Assembly: GCA_934193515.1 (NCBI GenBank)
Contig: CAKPVJ010000003.1
Coordinates: forward strand, 68,931 to 132,930
Length of the DNA stretch: 64,000 nucleotides
Direction of reading: 5' to 3'
Origin: an uncultured Megasphaera sp.
GTDB lineage: Bacteria; Bacillota; Negativicutes; Veillonellales; Megasphaeraceae
The notes under the pieces are model-generated. The model was given only the letters and a program-made list of their open reading frames with translations. It searched no databases and was not told the DNA's origin. The first letter of the stretch is position 1; every line of letters starts with the position of its first letter. Both the position numbers and the translations under genes were made by a program. Positions 39,793 to 51,740 of this stretch are shown in pieces.

Positions 39793-40529
39793 TGAATGGA
39801 AAGACAATTTCGGAAACACATATAAAGATACTCTTTTTCGTTCTCCTAGTGGCCTTGTTGGGCGGCATACATATAGTACTTCCTGATTTTTATCAAACAG
39901 TTTGGGATTTATCCATCAGCGGCAACATGGACGGCACGATTGACTATTTGCGCTCTTTTGGCGTATGGGCCATGGTCGTCAGCATGATTATTGACATCGT
40001 CATCAATATTGTCGGTTTTTTGCCGTCCATTTTTATTTCTACGGCCAATGGCGTCTTGTTTGGTATTGGCACCGGGACGGTCGTATCCTGGCTGGCTGAA
40101 ACGATTGGCGTTATTATTAGTTTCTTTTTTATGCGGACGCTGTTTCGCAGCAAAGCGAAACAGGTCATTGAAAAGAGCCGCATGCTCAGCAAGCTGGATG
40201 AATACAGTACGCTCAAGGCGATGATTATTGCGCGGGCCGTGCCGTATTCACCGAACGGGCTTGTGACGGCGTTGGGGGCACTAAGCCATATCAGCTATCG
40301 GGACTATGCGATTGGCTGTTTGATTGGCAAGCTGCCGTCGGTAGCTGTGGAGGTTATCGTCGGGCATGATGTCGTCATGATGGAAGAACATTCACTGCGG
40401 CTGACTATTCTGGTTGTTTTGGTATCTGTTGTCTACGGCGGCTTGTGGTATTGGAACCGGCGCCACAACGCGAAAAAAGTGCTGATGCAAATGGAAAAAG
40501 ACATGAAGGATGAAAAAGGACGGTCGTAA
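39792..40529 (+). CDS. DedA/TVP38/TMEM64-family membrane protein
   Basis: Polytopic membrane protein with the SNARE-associated Golgi (DedA) domain pattern. Confidence 0.55.
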   Translation: MNGKTISETHIKILFFVLLVALLGGIHIVLPDFYQTVWDLSISGNMDGTIDYLRSFGVWAMVVSMIIDIVINIVGFLPSIFISTANGVLFGIGTGTVVSWLAETIGVIISFFFMRTLFRSKAKQVIEKSRMLSKLDEYSTLKAMIIARAVPYSPNGLVTALGALSHISYRDYAIGCLIGKLPSVAVEVIVGHDVVMMEEHSLRLTILVVLVSVVYGGLWYWNRRHNAKKVLMQMEKDMKDEKGRS

Positions 40530-40613
40530 TTAGGCATAGATACCTCTGAATATGGGACAGCTTCCCATGTTTGGAGGTGTTTTTTGGGGCTTTTTATACA
40601 AAAAGGAGAAGAT

Positions 40614-41951
40614 ATGGTACGAAGCATGACTTCCGGCAGTCCGATTCGATTGATTTTATCGTTTACGGTGCCGCTCTTAATTGGCAATGTATTTCAACAA
40701 TTTTATAATATTGCCGACATTATTATCGTTGGCCGCATTATCGGCGTGCATGCCCTGGCGGCTGTAGGGGCGGCCGGGCCGCTGTTTATGGCGTTGATTG
40801 GCCTGACGATTGGGCTGTCGTCCGGCTTTTCGGTCATTACGGGACAGCGGTTCGGCGCCGGTGATGAAGCAGGCGTGCGTCATTCTGTGGCGATGTCGGC
40901 CATGCTGGCTGTCGGGATTACGGCAATACTGACGGCTGCTGCCGTCATTCTCATGCCGCAAATCATGATTTTGATGAATATTTCTGATGAGCTGTACGAT
41001 GACTCGTATCAGTATATTATCATCATTGCCTACGGTATCATTGCCATGATGATGTACAATCTGCTGTCTGCCATTTGCCGAGCCTTAGGCGACAGCCGGA
41101 CGCCGTTGTACTTTTTGATGGTGTCTTCCGTGCTGAATGTCGGCTTGGCGCTGCTGTTTATTCAGCAGTTTGGCTGGGGCGTTCCCGGCTCGGCTATTGC
41201 GTTGGTCATTGCGCAGGGTATCTCTGCCGTATTGTGCTTTGGCTACATGCTCAAGCGGTTTCCCATGCTGCGCCTGACTCGCCGTGACTGGGTATGGGAT
41301 CGTGCGTTTGCTTGGAAGCATTTGCGGTTGGGCCTGCCGATGGCAGCGCAGTTTACGATTATTTCACTGGGCATTTTGGCAATTCAGTCGATTTGCAATA
41401 CCTTTGGACCGGAAACGATTGCCGGCTTTGTCTCTGCGACGCGTATTGAACAGCTGGCATTACAGCCCATGGTTTCCTTTGGCATTGCAATGGCCGTATA
41501 TTCTGCCCAAAATTTTGGCGCGCGCCACTATGAACGGATTCGGACTGGTGTGCGCCAATGCTCGCTCGTTTCCTTTGTTTTTTGTGTGGCGGCTATTTTT
41601 GCCATGCTGTTTTATGGCCGGGAATTGATTTCTATCTTTACGAGTGAGCCCGATGAGCTGCTCCTCGACCAAGCCTCGCTGTATTTGCGGACTTCTGTGC
41701 CGTTTTATCTCTTTTTGGGGCAGATTTTTGTATACCGCAACGCCTTGCAGGGCATGGGGATTTCCAGCGTGCCGCTGATCAGCAGTATTATTGAATTGGT
41801 GCTGCGCGGCGTGGCAGCCTTTGTGCTGGCAGGCATGTGGGGCTTTTTCGGTATCTGCTGTGCCAGCCCGATTTGCTGGGTAGCAGCCTGCTTGTTTACG
41901 ACGGGCAGTTATTTCTATGTACGCCGCACGATGAAACGGGCCGGTCAGTAA
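40614..41951 (+). CDS. MATE-family efflux transporter
   Basis: Twelve TM helices and the MatE N-terminus (LIGNVFQQFYNIADIIIVGR). ATG 40614 follows SD AAGGAGAA. Confidence 0.8.
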   Translation: MVRSMTSGSPIRLILSFTVPLLIGNVFQQFYNIADIIIVGRIIGVHALAAVGAAGPLFMALIGLTIGLSSGFSVITGQRFGAGDEAGVRHSVAMSAMLAVGITAILTAAAVILMPQIMILMNISDELYDDSYQYIIIIAYGIIAMMMYNLLSAICRALGDSRTPLYFLMVSSVLNVGLALLFIQQFGWGVPGSAIALVIAQGISAVLCFGYMLKRFPMLRLTRRDWVWDRAFAWKHLRLGLPMAAQFTIISLGILAIQSICNTFGPETIAGFVSATRIEQLALQPMVSFGIAMAVYSAQNFGARHYERIRTGVRQCSLVSFVFCVAAIFAMLFYGRELISIFTSEPDELLLDQASLYLRTSVPFYLFLGQIFVYRNALQGMGISSVPLISSIIELVLRGVAAFVLAGMWGFFGICCASPICWVAACLFTTGSYFYVRRTMKRAGQ

Positions 41952-42029
41952 AAAGATTGTCAGGCACGGCAATGCATGGTACAATAGCTGTGTTGTGATT
42001 GCGTTCGTTTGTTTGCATAGGGGGAAATA

Positions 42030-43850
42030 ATGGCACGGCCTATTGATATATTAAAACAATATTTTGGTTATACTGCGTTTCGGCCTGGCCAGGAAGAAGT
42101 CATACAGACACTGCTGCAGGGACAGGATTGCCTGGCTGTCATGCCGACTGGCGCGGGAAAATCTATCTGTTTTCAGATTCCGGCCCTGCTGCTGCCGGGC
42201 ATTACGATTATCATCTCACCGCTCATTTCACTGATGAAAGATCAGGTCGATGCCTTGATTACTCAGCAGATTCCGGCGACATATATCAACAGCCAGTGTA
42301 CCTTTGAAGAAGCGAAACAGCGGTTTGCCGCGATTCGCGCCGGCCGTGTCAAGTTGGTATATGTATCGCCGGAACGGCTGCAAAATGAGTTTTTTGCGTC
42401 CTTTATGCAGACCATGCCCATTGCCATGCTGATTATCGACGAAGCCCATTGTGTATCGCAGTGGGGCCATGATTTCCGTCCCAGCTACTGTGCTGTCAAA
42501 GACTGGCTGCAGACCTTGCCGCGCCGTCCGATTGTCGGCGCATTTACGGCTACGGCGACGGAAAAAGTAAAGCAGGATATGCTGGCACTGCTGGGACTAG
42601 AAAACGAACGCATTTTTATTGGCGGCTTTGACCGGCCTAATTTATATTTTCGCGTCGTCGCCAATGCCGATAAACTGCATTTTGTCTTGGCTTATATCCA
42701 AAAGCACCGCGGTGAAAGCGGCATTATCTATGCGGCAACGCGGAAGGAAGTAGACCGTGTATATACGGAACTGCGCAGCCGGGGACTGCGTGTCGGACGC
42801 TATCATGCCGGCATGAGCGACAGCCAGCGGCAGAAAGCACAGGATGATTTTACCTATGACAATACGGATATCATGGTAGCCACCAATGCCTTTGGCATGG
42901 GCATAGACAAAAGCAACGTCCGTTTTGTCATTCACTATCAGATGCCGAAAAATCTGGAAAGCTATTATCAAGAAGCCGGCCGTGCCGGACGAGACGGCGC
43001 ACCGGGAGAATGTATTCTGCTGTTTAACCGGCAGGATATTATGATTCAAAAATATTTGATTGAAATATCCGTCCACAATCCGCAGCAGCAGGAAAAAGAA
43101 CTGCAGATGTTAAACCGCATGGTGGGCTACTGCGAAAGCAGGCAGTGTCTGCGCCATTATATTTTGACTTATTTTGGCGAGCAGCCTGCATGGCAGCGCT
43201 GTGAAAGCTGCGGCAACTGCGATCAGGAAGTAGTCGAAGAAGACCGCACGCCGGCAGTACGCAACATCTGCCAGTGTGTCGATGAGCTGAAAGGGCGGTT
43301 TGGCCTGACGATGATTTGCGATATTTTAAAAGGCAGCCAAAATGCAAAAGTCAAACGATACGGCTTTCAGCGCAATACGTCGTTTGGCCTGCTGGGAGAT
43401 TTTTCAGGCAGTGAGATTCGGGATATGCTGCGCCAGGCGATTGACGACGGCTTTTTACAGCAGTCCGAAGGGCAGTATCCTGTGGTCAGTCTGACAGCGG
43501 CAGGCCGAGATGTACTGGCAGGCAACAGGCAGGTCGTACAGGAACGGGTGATTGCACCGGCTGAAGCGGAAGCCGTGCTTGCTAAGCCCAAACGCAGCGG
43601 TGTTGTCGATGAAGAAGCGCTGCGTCCTTTGTTTGACGCCTTGCGTGCCGCACGCTACGAATTGGCTAAAAAAGAACATATTCCGCCGTTTGTCATTTTC
43701 TCCGATGCGACGCTGTGGGAAATGGCTGCGCACCAGCCGCAGACGCTGGCAGATATGGCGGCCATCAAAGGTGTCGGCGAATTTAAGTTGAATAAATATG
43801 GAAAACGATTTATAGATGTCATTGCAAAAGCAGCAGAAACACAGAGGTGA
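42030..43850 (+). CDS. recQ: ATP-dependent DNA helicase RecQ
   Basis: DEAH helicase motifs, the RQC zinc-binding region (CxxC..C..C) and a C-terminal HRDC domain. Confidence 0.9.
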   Translation: MARPIDILKQYFGYTAFRPGQEEVIQTLLQGQDCLAVMPTGAGKSICFQIPALLLPGITIIISPLISLMKDQVDALITQQIPATYINSQCTFEEAKQRFAAIRAGRVKLVYVSPERLQNEFFASFMQTMPIAMLIIDEAHCVSQWGHDFRPSYCAVKDWLQTLPRRPIVGAFTATATEKVKQDMLALLGLENERIFIGGFDRPNLYFRVVANADKLHFVLAYIQKHRGESGIIYAATRKEVDRVYTELRSRGLRVGRYHAGMSDSQRQKAQDDFTYDNTDIMVATNAFGMGIDKSNVRFVIHYQMPKNLESYYQEAGRAGRDGAPGECILLFNRQDIMIQKYLIEISVHNPQQQEKELQMLNRMVGYCESRQCLRHYILTYFGEQPAWQRCESCGNCDQEVVEEDRTPAVRNICQCVDELKGRFGLTMICDILKGSQNAKVKRYGFQRNTSFGLLGDFSGSEIRDMLRQAIDDGFLQQSEGQYPVVSLTAAGRDVLAGNRQVVQERVIAPAEAEAVLAKPKRSGVVDEEALRPLFDALRAARYELAKKEHIPPFVIFSDATLWEMAAHQPQTLADMAAIKGVGEFKLNKYGKRFIDVIAKAAETQR

Positions 43851-43855
43851 TTTTC

Positions 43856-45144
<1,289 letters not shown>

Positions 45145-45259
45145 GGCGGTTTCAGCATGTCTGCCTTATATAAATTCGGTTGACATTGCTTATCGATTAT
45201 GGTACACTAACACAAGAGCTAGAAGATAGCTGGAATTGTTTTTTTAGGAGGATTTTGTT

Positions 45260-45457
45260 ATGCACGGTAAAGTAAAATGGTTTAGCGCAGAAAAAGGTTA
45301 TGGCTTTATTGAAAGAGAAGATGGCGGCGATGTATTTGTACATTTTTCAGCTATCCAGGAAGATGGTTTCAAATCCTTGACTGAAGGTCAGGAAGTTGAA
45401 TTCGACATCGTTGATGGTGCTCGTGGACCGCAGGCTGCTAACGTAGTCAAAGCGTAA
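45260..45457 (+). CDS. cspA: Cold-shock protein (CspA family)
   Basis: 65 aa with RNP1 KGYGFI and RNP2 VFVHF. Promoter TTGACA-17-TACACT lies at 45181..45209. Confidence 0.9.
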   Translation: MHGKVKWFSAEKGYGFIEREDGGDVFVHFSAIQEDGFKSLTEGQEVEFDIVDGARGPQAANVVKA

Positions 45458-45477
45458 GCAATATAGATCGACCTTTT

Positions 45478-45507
45478 AAACCGGTAACAGTTGTTACCGG
45501 TTTTTTT
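45478..45507 (+). terminator. Rho-independent terminator after csp (AAACCGGTAAC/GTTACCGGTTT + T7)
   Basis: Seen directly in sequence. Confidence 0.7.
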
Positions 45508-45579
45508 ATACGCATAAAATTAAAATATGATACAATATACCTGTACGATTACTAGCTGAAGCTCATAAAGGAGAAGGTC

Positions 45580-47322
45580 ATGAAAGGGAAGCGCGATATC
45601 ATAAAACGCAGGATTGAAGCCGCGCAGGGACGGATTCCTGCCGATTTGGTTATCAAAAACTGTCATATTGTCAATGTCTATACGCAGACGATAACGGAAG
45701 GAGATATTGCCGTTATCGATGGATATATTGCCGCTGTCGGCGGTTCCTATGAAGGACGGGCCGTATGGGACGGCAAGGGGGCCTATGCCGCACCGGGATT
45801 GATTGAAAGTCATATCCATATCGAGTCATCTTACGTCAGTCCGGAAGAATTCGGCCGCCTTTTGGTTCCGTTGGGCACGACGACGGCTATTGCCGACCCG
45901 CATGAAATCGTCAATGTCTGCGGGTTGGATGGGCTGTCTTATATGATGGAAGCAGCCAAACAGACAGCGATGGACATTCGCTATATGGTGCCGTCCTGTG
46001 TCCCGGCGACCGACTTTGACCACAGCGGCGCGGTCCTGCATGCGCCGGAGCTGCAAGAACCGCTTCGCAGTCCGGATACATTTGGGCTGGGAGAACTGAT
46101 GAATTATCCCGGCGTGCTGGCTGCAGATGACGACATTATAGAAAAAATCACAGCCGCGCAGGAAGCACATAAGGTAATTGACGGGCACAGTCCGGGACTG
46201 CATGGCGACGGGCTGCAGGCTTATATCGGTTCCGGCATTGCGACGGACCATGAATGTGCAGATATAGAAGATGTCCGCGAACGCATTGCTGCCGGTATGT
46301 ACGTCATGCTGCGCAACGGCTCGGCATGCCATGATTTGCCGCGCTTGATACAGGCTGTTACTCCGGCTTCTCTCAGACGCTTTCTGCTGTGTTCGGATGA
46401 TTTGCATCCCCATACGATTATGGCAAAAGGCCATTTAAATGAACATCTGCGCCTTTGCGTGCAGCACGGTATCTCAGCCGCCGCGGCGATTACGATGGCC
46501 ACGCTGAATCCGGCTGAATGCTATCAGTTGACAGACCGGGGCGCGCTGGCACCGGGAAAACGGGCCGACATCGTGTTGTTCCAAGACCTGCAGGATTTTA
46601 AAGCGCAGGCGGTATGGATTGCCGGAACGCTGGCAGGAAAAGACGGGACATACAGGCTGCCTTTTACGCGCAGTGATTACAGCCGTGTCAGCAGTACTGT
46701 CCATCTCCGTGATTTTTCCCAGGAAAAGCTGCGCATGCATCTCAAAAGCACGCATGTACATACGATTGATATCCTGCCGGGCAGTGTCGTAACGAAAAAA
46801 GGCACAGCAGATATTCAACTCGATGCCCAAGGTGATTTCGTATACAATCCCCAGGAAGACATCGTCAAAGTGGCTGTCGTCGAACGGCATCATGGGACCG
46901 GTCATGTAGGCTTGGGACTGCTTCGCGGCTATGGTCTGCAACAAGGGGCCGTCGCCGTATCGATTGCGCACGATTCCCACAATATTATCACGGCCGGCAC
47001 GAATACTGCCGATATGGCTGCTGCCGTAACCGAATTGGAACGGCAAAAAGGCGGTATGGTATTGGTGCTGAATGGCCGCGTCTTGGCGTCGATTCCGCTG
47101 CCGATTGCCGGCTTGATGAGTGACCAGAGCGGTGCCTGGGTCGATACGCAGATGGCATCCTTATACCACATAGCCCGTCATACTATGGGCATCCATGAAG
47201 ATGTCGATGTCATTATGACGTTATGCTTTATGTCGCTGCCGGTCATTCCCGCCATCAAGCTCATGGATACGGGCTTGTTCGATGTCGAATCCTTTTCGTT
47301 TATTTCTATAGAAGCAGACTAG
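45580..47322 (+). CDS. ade: Adenine deaminase
   Basis: Strong similarity to B. subtilis AdeC (DLVIKN..PGLIESHIHIESS..TDPHEI..), an amidohydrolase fold. Confidence 0.85.
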   Translation: MKGKRDIIKRRIEAAQGRIPADLVIKNCHIVNVYTQTITEGDIAVIDGYIAAVGGSYEGRAVWDGKGAYAAPGLIESHIHIESSYVSPEEFGRLLVPLGTTTAIADPHEIVNVCGLDGLSYMMEAAKQTAMDIRYMVPSCVPATDFDHSGAVLHAPELQEPLRSPDTFGLGELMNYPGVLAADDDIIEKITAAQEAHKVIDGHSPGLHGDGLQAYIGSGIATDHECADIEDVRERIAAGMYVMLRNGSACHDLPRLIQAVTPASLRRFLLCSDDLHPHTIMAKGHLNEHLRLCVQHGISAAAAITMATLNPAECYQLTDRGALAPGKRADIVLFQDLQDFKAQAVWIAGTLAGKDGTYRLPFTRSDYSRVSSTVHLRDFSQEKLRMHLKSTHVHTIDILPGSVVTKKGTADIQLDAQGDFVYNPQEDIVKVAVVERHHGTGHVGLGLLRGYGLQQGAVAVSIAHDSHNIITAGTNTADMAAAVTELERQKGGMVLVLNGRVLASIPLPIAGLMSDQSGAWVDTQMASLYHIARHTMGIHEDVDVIMTLCFMSLPVIPAIKLMDTGLFDVESFSFISIEAD

Positions 47323-47332
47323 GTGACAAACG

Positions 47333-48517
47333 ATGTCTATACCTGTATACCGATTATATAATGAAAGAAACAACCCCTATAAACTGGAACTGCGGGCCGG
47401 CAGAAACGGCTTATACAAAGAAGTGGCATGGGTTCACATTATGGAAGATACCGAGTATGCGTCTTTTTTGTCTAAAAATGAACTGATTTTTACGACCGGC
47501 ATGGGCAAAGGCGACAATGCCCGCTGGCTGCAGAAATTCATTGCGGCGTTGATTGCCATAGGCTCTACGGGAGTCGTACTCAATATCGGCAAATATATTA
47601 CTGAAGAAGATATTACCGAAGACGTTGCGGCTTTATGCAATGAACACCAATTTCCACTCTTTACGATGCCTTGGAATATTCGACTGTCCGATATTACACA
47701 GGATTTTTTGTATTCTATTTTTTTGACAAAGCAGAAAGAATATGAAATCGTCAGTGCCTGCAAACAGCTTTTCTTTGAGCAGCGTCCGCTGGAAGCGATC
47801 AACCGGCTCAAGCTGCATGGCTTTACAGAACGAGGAAATTATCAGGTCATGGGCCTGCATTTTCAGGATGTGCAGTCTGTAGACCAGCTGGAAACCTTAC
47901 TGACGTCATATAAATTTATTTTAAACGAACAGGGCGCAAAATATATTGTATTTCCTTTGAAAAAATTAATTGTTTTGATGATGAAAGTCGAAAACCCAGA
48001 CGAAGCGGCGAAGATGATACAGGACTTATACGTGCAGCTTCATGACCGGGAAGAAGTAAAGCCCGTCATCGGCAGCAGCATGATTGTATCCTCGCTGCAT
48101 GAATTGGCGATTGCTTATGAACAGGCCGTGTGTGCTGTCACATGGGCATGCGTTCACCGCAAACACTGTCAGTACTTTGGTGCGCTGGGCGTCTATGCCC
48201 TGCTGTTTTCGCAGCGCAACGACTTGGCCATGCGTGAACTTCATGACAAGGCGCTGGGGCCGGTACTGCAGTACGATGCGGCGCATAAGCGGGACTTGTT
48301 CCATACGCTGGAATCGTATATTGCACACAACGGCAGTATTCAGGCCGTAGCTCGGGAAACGTATGCCCACCGCAATACCGTAGCGTATCGGATTCAAAAA
48401 ATTGAAACACTGCTCCAATGCGATTTGAACGCAGAAGATACGCGTTTTACGTATTACCTGGCCTGTCATATTCACCATTACTTTCAAATTATGAAAGATA
48501 GACATGATATTTTGTAA
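47333..48517 (+). CDS. PucR/CdaR-family transcriptional regulator
   Basis: C-terminal PucR-type HTH (AHRNTVAYRIQKIETLL) and a GGDEF-like middle domain. Confidence 0.7.
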   Translation: MSIPVYRLYNERNNPYKLELRAGRNGLYKEVAWVHIMEDTEYASFLSKNELIFTTGMGKGDNARWLQKFIAALIAIGSTGVVLNIGKYITEEDITEDVAALCNEHQFPLFTMPWNIRLSDITQDFLYSIFLTKQKEYEIVSACKQLFFEQRPLEAINRLKLHGFTERGNYQVMGLHFQDVQSVDQLETLLTSYKFILNEQGAKYIVFPLKKLIVLMMKVENPDEAAKMIQDLYVQLHDREEVKPVIGSSMIVSSLHELAIAYEQAVCAVTWACVHRKHCQYFGALGVYALLFSQRNDLAMRELHDKALGPVLQYDAAHKRDLFHTLESYIAHNGSIQAVARETYAHRNTVAYRIQKIETLLQCDLNAEDTRFTYYLACHIHHYFQIMKDRHDIL

Positions 48518-48586
48518 TTAAATATGGCGTTTTCTTGTGCATCAAGCACAAAAACATAAAAAAATATTGGTTTTTCAACTCGTTGA

Positions 48587-48643
48587 GCCTTTTGCATTAT
48601 GTGTATATAATGGACACATAAGAAAGCAAAAGGCTGTTTTTTT
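48587..48643 (+). terminator. Nested hairpin (GCCTTTTGC..GCAAAAGGC with inner TATGTGT/ACACATA) followed by T7
   Basis: Seen directly in sequence. It lies 70 nt after the regulator's stop, and the loop carries TATATAAT. Confidence 0.5.
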
Positions 48644-48834
48644 ATAATGGTTAACGAAAATACATGATATTTTTTAAAAATATTTTGGTTTGCGTAGTAA
48701 ATGTGAAAAAACATGATAAGTTGGATGAGCAGAGGAGAGGATATGGAAAAAGAATGATGGATACGGCAAGTCCCCTTTAGCTAAATGATTGGGGCAGATA
48801 CAAAAATGGAGAAGAAGAAAGGAGGCGGATTGGT

Positions 48835-50187
48835 TTGGCGCATTCGCAAAGGCAAGAAAAAGATTTTAATGCATTTTTAAATCGGCTGACCGTGTATTGT
48901 GGGAGTACTAATTTTCTGGATGGCTATATTTTAGCGGCTATTGGCCCGGCATTGGTACATCTGGGACCTATTTTAAACCTAAATTCGTTTTGGACGGGGG
49001 CCATTGGGGCCGGGTCGCTGATTGGGATTTTAGTAGGAGGACCGATTTTTGGCTATGTTTCGGATAAAGTAGGGCGCAAGCTGCCGTTTATGGTTATCCC
49101 GATTGCCATGGCGATATTGTCCATTCTCTCGATGTTTGTCACTAGTGCAGAACAGTTGTTTATCGTGCGGTTCCTTTTGGGGTTGGTTATCGGGTCGGAT
49201 TATCCGAGTGTTACCTCCTATTTGGCCGAATATTCTCCGGCCCACCGGCGCGGCTTTATGATTGGCTGTCTGATGATTATGTGGATTTGCGGCATGACCC
49301 TGGGCGAAGTGGTTGGCTATATCGTATACGATTCAGCGTATAATTGGCAGATTTTATTGGGGATTACCGCTGTACCAGCTATCATTTTGGTGTACTTGAG
49401 ACGCAACTGTCCGGAATCGCCGCGTTGGCTCATGAATAAAGGACGTGTGGAAGAAGCAACCGCTATTATGAAAGAAATTTACGGCCCTGATGCAGACGTA
49501 TCTTCGCTGGAAGAAACGACTGTCAAAACATCGTATACAGAATTGTTTACGCCGAAATATTTAAAACGTATCTTTTTTGCCGGCATTTTCTGGGCAACGC
49601 AAGTACTTCCCATGTTTGCGATTTATATCTTTGGCCCATCGCTGCTCAAAGCAATTAAACTCAGCGAAGGAAAGGATTTGCTCCTTGGTAATTCGGTCAT
49701 TGGCTTGATTTTTGTTATCGGCGTCGTATTAGGCACGTTGATTATCGAAAAGTTTGGCCGCCGTCCGCTGATTATTTGGAGTTTCGTCGGCATGGCGATT
49801 GGCTTATTAGTCTTTGGGATTGTTGAAGAACCGCCATTCTGGCTGATTGTTACTGGTTTTACCGTATACGCTTTGGCATCGGGCCCTCCCAATGTCTTGG
49901 ACTGGGTATATCCCAATGAATTGTTCCCGACGGAAATTCGCGCAGCCGGCGTTGGCATGGCGACCTGCATCAGTCGATTCGGTCCGATTTTAGGTACTTT
50001 TGGATTACCCTATTATTTGGAAATGTTTGGCATTCAAATGACGATGCTTACCATGGTCGGTATCATTGCATTTGGCTTAGTTGTCTGCATCCTGATGGCA
50101 CCGGAAACACGGGGACTGAATTTAGCAGAAGCCAGCGGAGCCGTACCGATTGGCACGGAAGAAAAACGGAAAGCAGAAGAAGTATAG
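48835..50187 (+). CDS. MFS transporter (sugar porter/metabolite:H+ symporter-like)
   Basis: Twelve TM helices with the MFS motif GYVSDKVGRK. TTG start 9 nt after SD GGAGG. Confidence 0.7.
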   Translation: MAHSQRQEKDFNAFLNRLTVYCGSTNFLDGYILAAIGPALVHLGPILNLNSFWTGAIGAGSLIGILVGGPIFGYVSDKVGRKLPFMVIPIAMAILSILSMFVTSAEQLFIVRFLLGLVIGSDYPSVTSYLAEYSPAHRRGFMIGCLMIMWICGMTLGEVVGYIVYDSAYNWQILLGITAVPAIILVYLRRNCPESPRWLMNKGRVEEATAIMKEIYGPDADVSSLEETTVKTSYTELFTPKYLKRIFFAGIFWATQVLPMFAIYIFGPSLLKAIKLSEGKDLLLGNSVIGLIFVIGVVLGTLIIEKFGRRPLIIWSFVGMAIGLLVFGIVEEPPFWLIVTGFTVYALASGPPNVLDWVYPNELFPTEIRAAGVGMATCISRFGPILGTFGLPYYLEMFGIQMTMLTMVGIIAFGLVVCILMAPETRGLNLAEASGAVPIGTEEKRKAEEV

Positions 50188-50329
50188 GCAGTATACCTAG
50201 TTGATTCATAGTGAATAGAACAATTAGCAATAAAAATAAATACCCTAAAATGCGTTTTATTTTCAATGATTCTATTCGCTTCTCATTATATTAGTATTCA
50301 AATTTGCGAAAAGAAAGTAGGATGATGAC

Positions 50330-51688
50330 ATGTTAACAAACGAATTACCAAAAATTATAACAAGCACAGTACCGGGTCCGAAAGCGGCAGAAATTATCAA
50401 AGAACGCGCTGTCAATACACCAGATGCCATTCACTGCAGTTATCCTGTTGTTATGGATGAAGCACAGGGCGCGATCATTAAAGACGTAGACGGCAACTTG
50501 TTCCTCGACTGGATCGGCGGCGTCGGCGTATTGAATGTAGGCCATTCGCATCCGGAAGTCGTTGCGGCAGTGAAAGCGCAGGCTGATAAATACATGCACG
50601 GCATGTTCAATGTTGTTACGCATGAAGGCTATGTCAAATTGGCTGGCGAACTCAACAAACGCGTTCCTGTTCGCGGCGAACAAAAACAGACGATGTTTGT
50701 AAACAGCGGTGCAGAAGCAGACGAAAACGCTGTCAAGATTGCCAAAGCCTATACAAAACGCCCGAATATCGTCGTATTCTCCGGCGCGTTCCACGGCCGT
50801 ACGGTTATGACCATGGCCATGACTGCTAAAAAAGCATATGCCCAAGGCATGGGCCCATTCCCTGATGGCGTATATCGTGCTAAATATCCGTATATCTATC
50901 GCCGTCCGGAAGGCATGTCGGAACAGGAATATTTAGATGAATGCATTCAAAGCTTGTATGAAGTATTTGATGAAGCATCACCGGCACAATATGTTGCAGC
51001 GGTTGTTTTGGAACCATTACAGGGCGAAGGCGGCTTTATTCCGGCTCCGATTGAATGGGTGAAAAAACTTCGTGAAATCTGCGATGAAAACGGCATTCTC
51101 ATGATTGCTGATGAAGTACAGTCCGGCTTCGGCAGAACAGGCCGTCTCTTTGCTTCCCAGTACTGGCAGGAAGCTGGCGTAGAACCAGATATTATTTCTT
51201 CTGCTAAATCTATTGCCGGCGGCGTACCTCTCAGCATGGTTTGCGCTCGCAAAGAAATTTATGATGCTGTTCCGCGCGGTACGATTGGCGGTACCTTTGG
51301 CGGTAATGCCTTAGCCTGTGCAGCTGGCTTAAAAGTATTGGAATTGATGGATCGCGATCACTTGCCGGAACGTTCGTTGGAACTTGGCAAAAAATATGTA
51401 GATACCGTTACATCTTGGCAGGCCAAATATCCGGTTATTGGCGATGTACGCGGTCTCGGTGGCATGGTTGGCGTTGAATTTATCGATCCCGAAACAAAAG
51501 CTCCGAATCCGGAACTCGTCACCAAGCTGGTACAAGATACAGCCAAACATGGTTTGTTAGTAGAAAATGCAGGTTCTCACGGCCAGGTTATTCGTTTCTT
51601 GGCACCGCTCGTTATGACAGATGCACAACTGGATGCAGGTCTTGCTATCTTTGAAGCCTCTATCCGCCGTGTGCTGGGCTTGGAATAA
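50330..51688 (+). CDS. gabT: Class III PLP aminotransferase, 4-aminobutyrate (omega-amino acid) aminotransferase family
   Basis: Throughout similarity to E. coli GabT (..GGVGVLNVGHSHP..AFHGRT..DEVQSGFGRTG..KSIAGG..). Confidence 0.8.
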   Translation: MLTNELPKIITSTVPGPKAAEIIKERAVNTPDAIHCSYPVVMDEAQGAIIKDVDGNLFLDWIGGVGVLNVGHSHPEVVAAVKAQADKYMHGMFNVVTHEGYVKLAGELNKRVPVRGEQKQTMFVNSGAEADENAVKIAKAYTKRPNIVVFSGAFHGRTVMTMAMTAKKAYAQGMGPFPDGVYRAKYPYIYRRPEGMSEQEYLDECIQSLYEVFDEASPAQYVAAVVLEPLQGEGGFIPAPIEWVKKLREICDENGILMIADEVQSGFGRTGRLFASQYWQEAGVEPDIISSAKSIAGGVPLSMVCARKEIYDAVPRGTIGGTFGGNALACAAGLKVLELMDRDHLPERSLELGKKYVDTVTSWQAKYPVIGDVRGLGGMVGVEFIDPETKAPNPELVTKLVQDTAKHGLLVENAGSHGQVIRFLAPLVMTDAQLDAGLAIFEASIRRVLGLE

Positions 51689-51740
51689 AAGACCGTTCTT
51701 GATATAATACATATGTACTTTATAAAAAAGGATGGTGTAT

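Noticed and set aside
48518-48834. Purine riboswitch upstream of the MFS transporter (given the adjacent adenine deaminase and PucR regulator)
   Set aside because: The conserved P1/J-region sequences of guanine or adenine aptamers (UAUAAUCGCG..ACUAUG) were not found. The structured element at 48587..48643 is better explained as the terminator of the upstream regulator gene.
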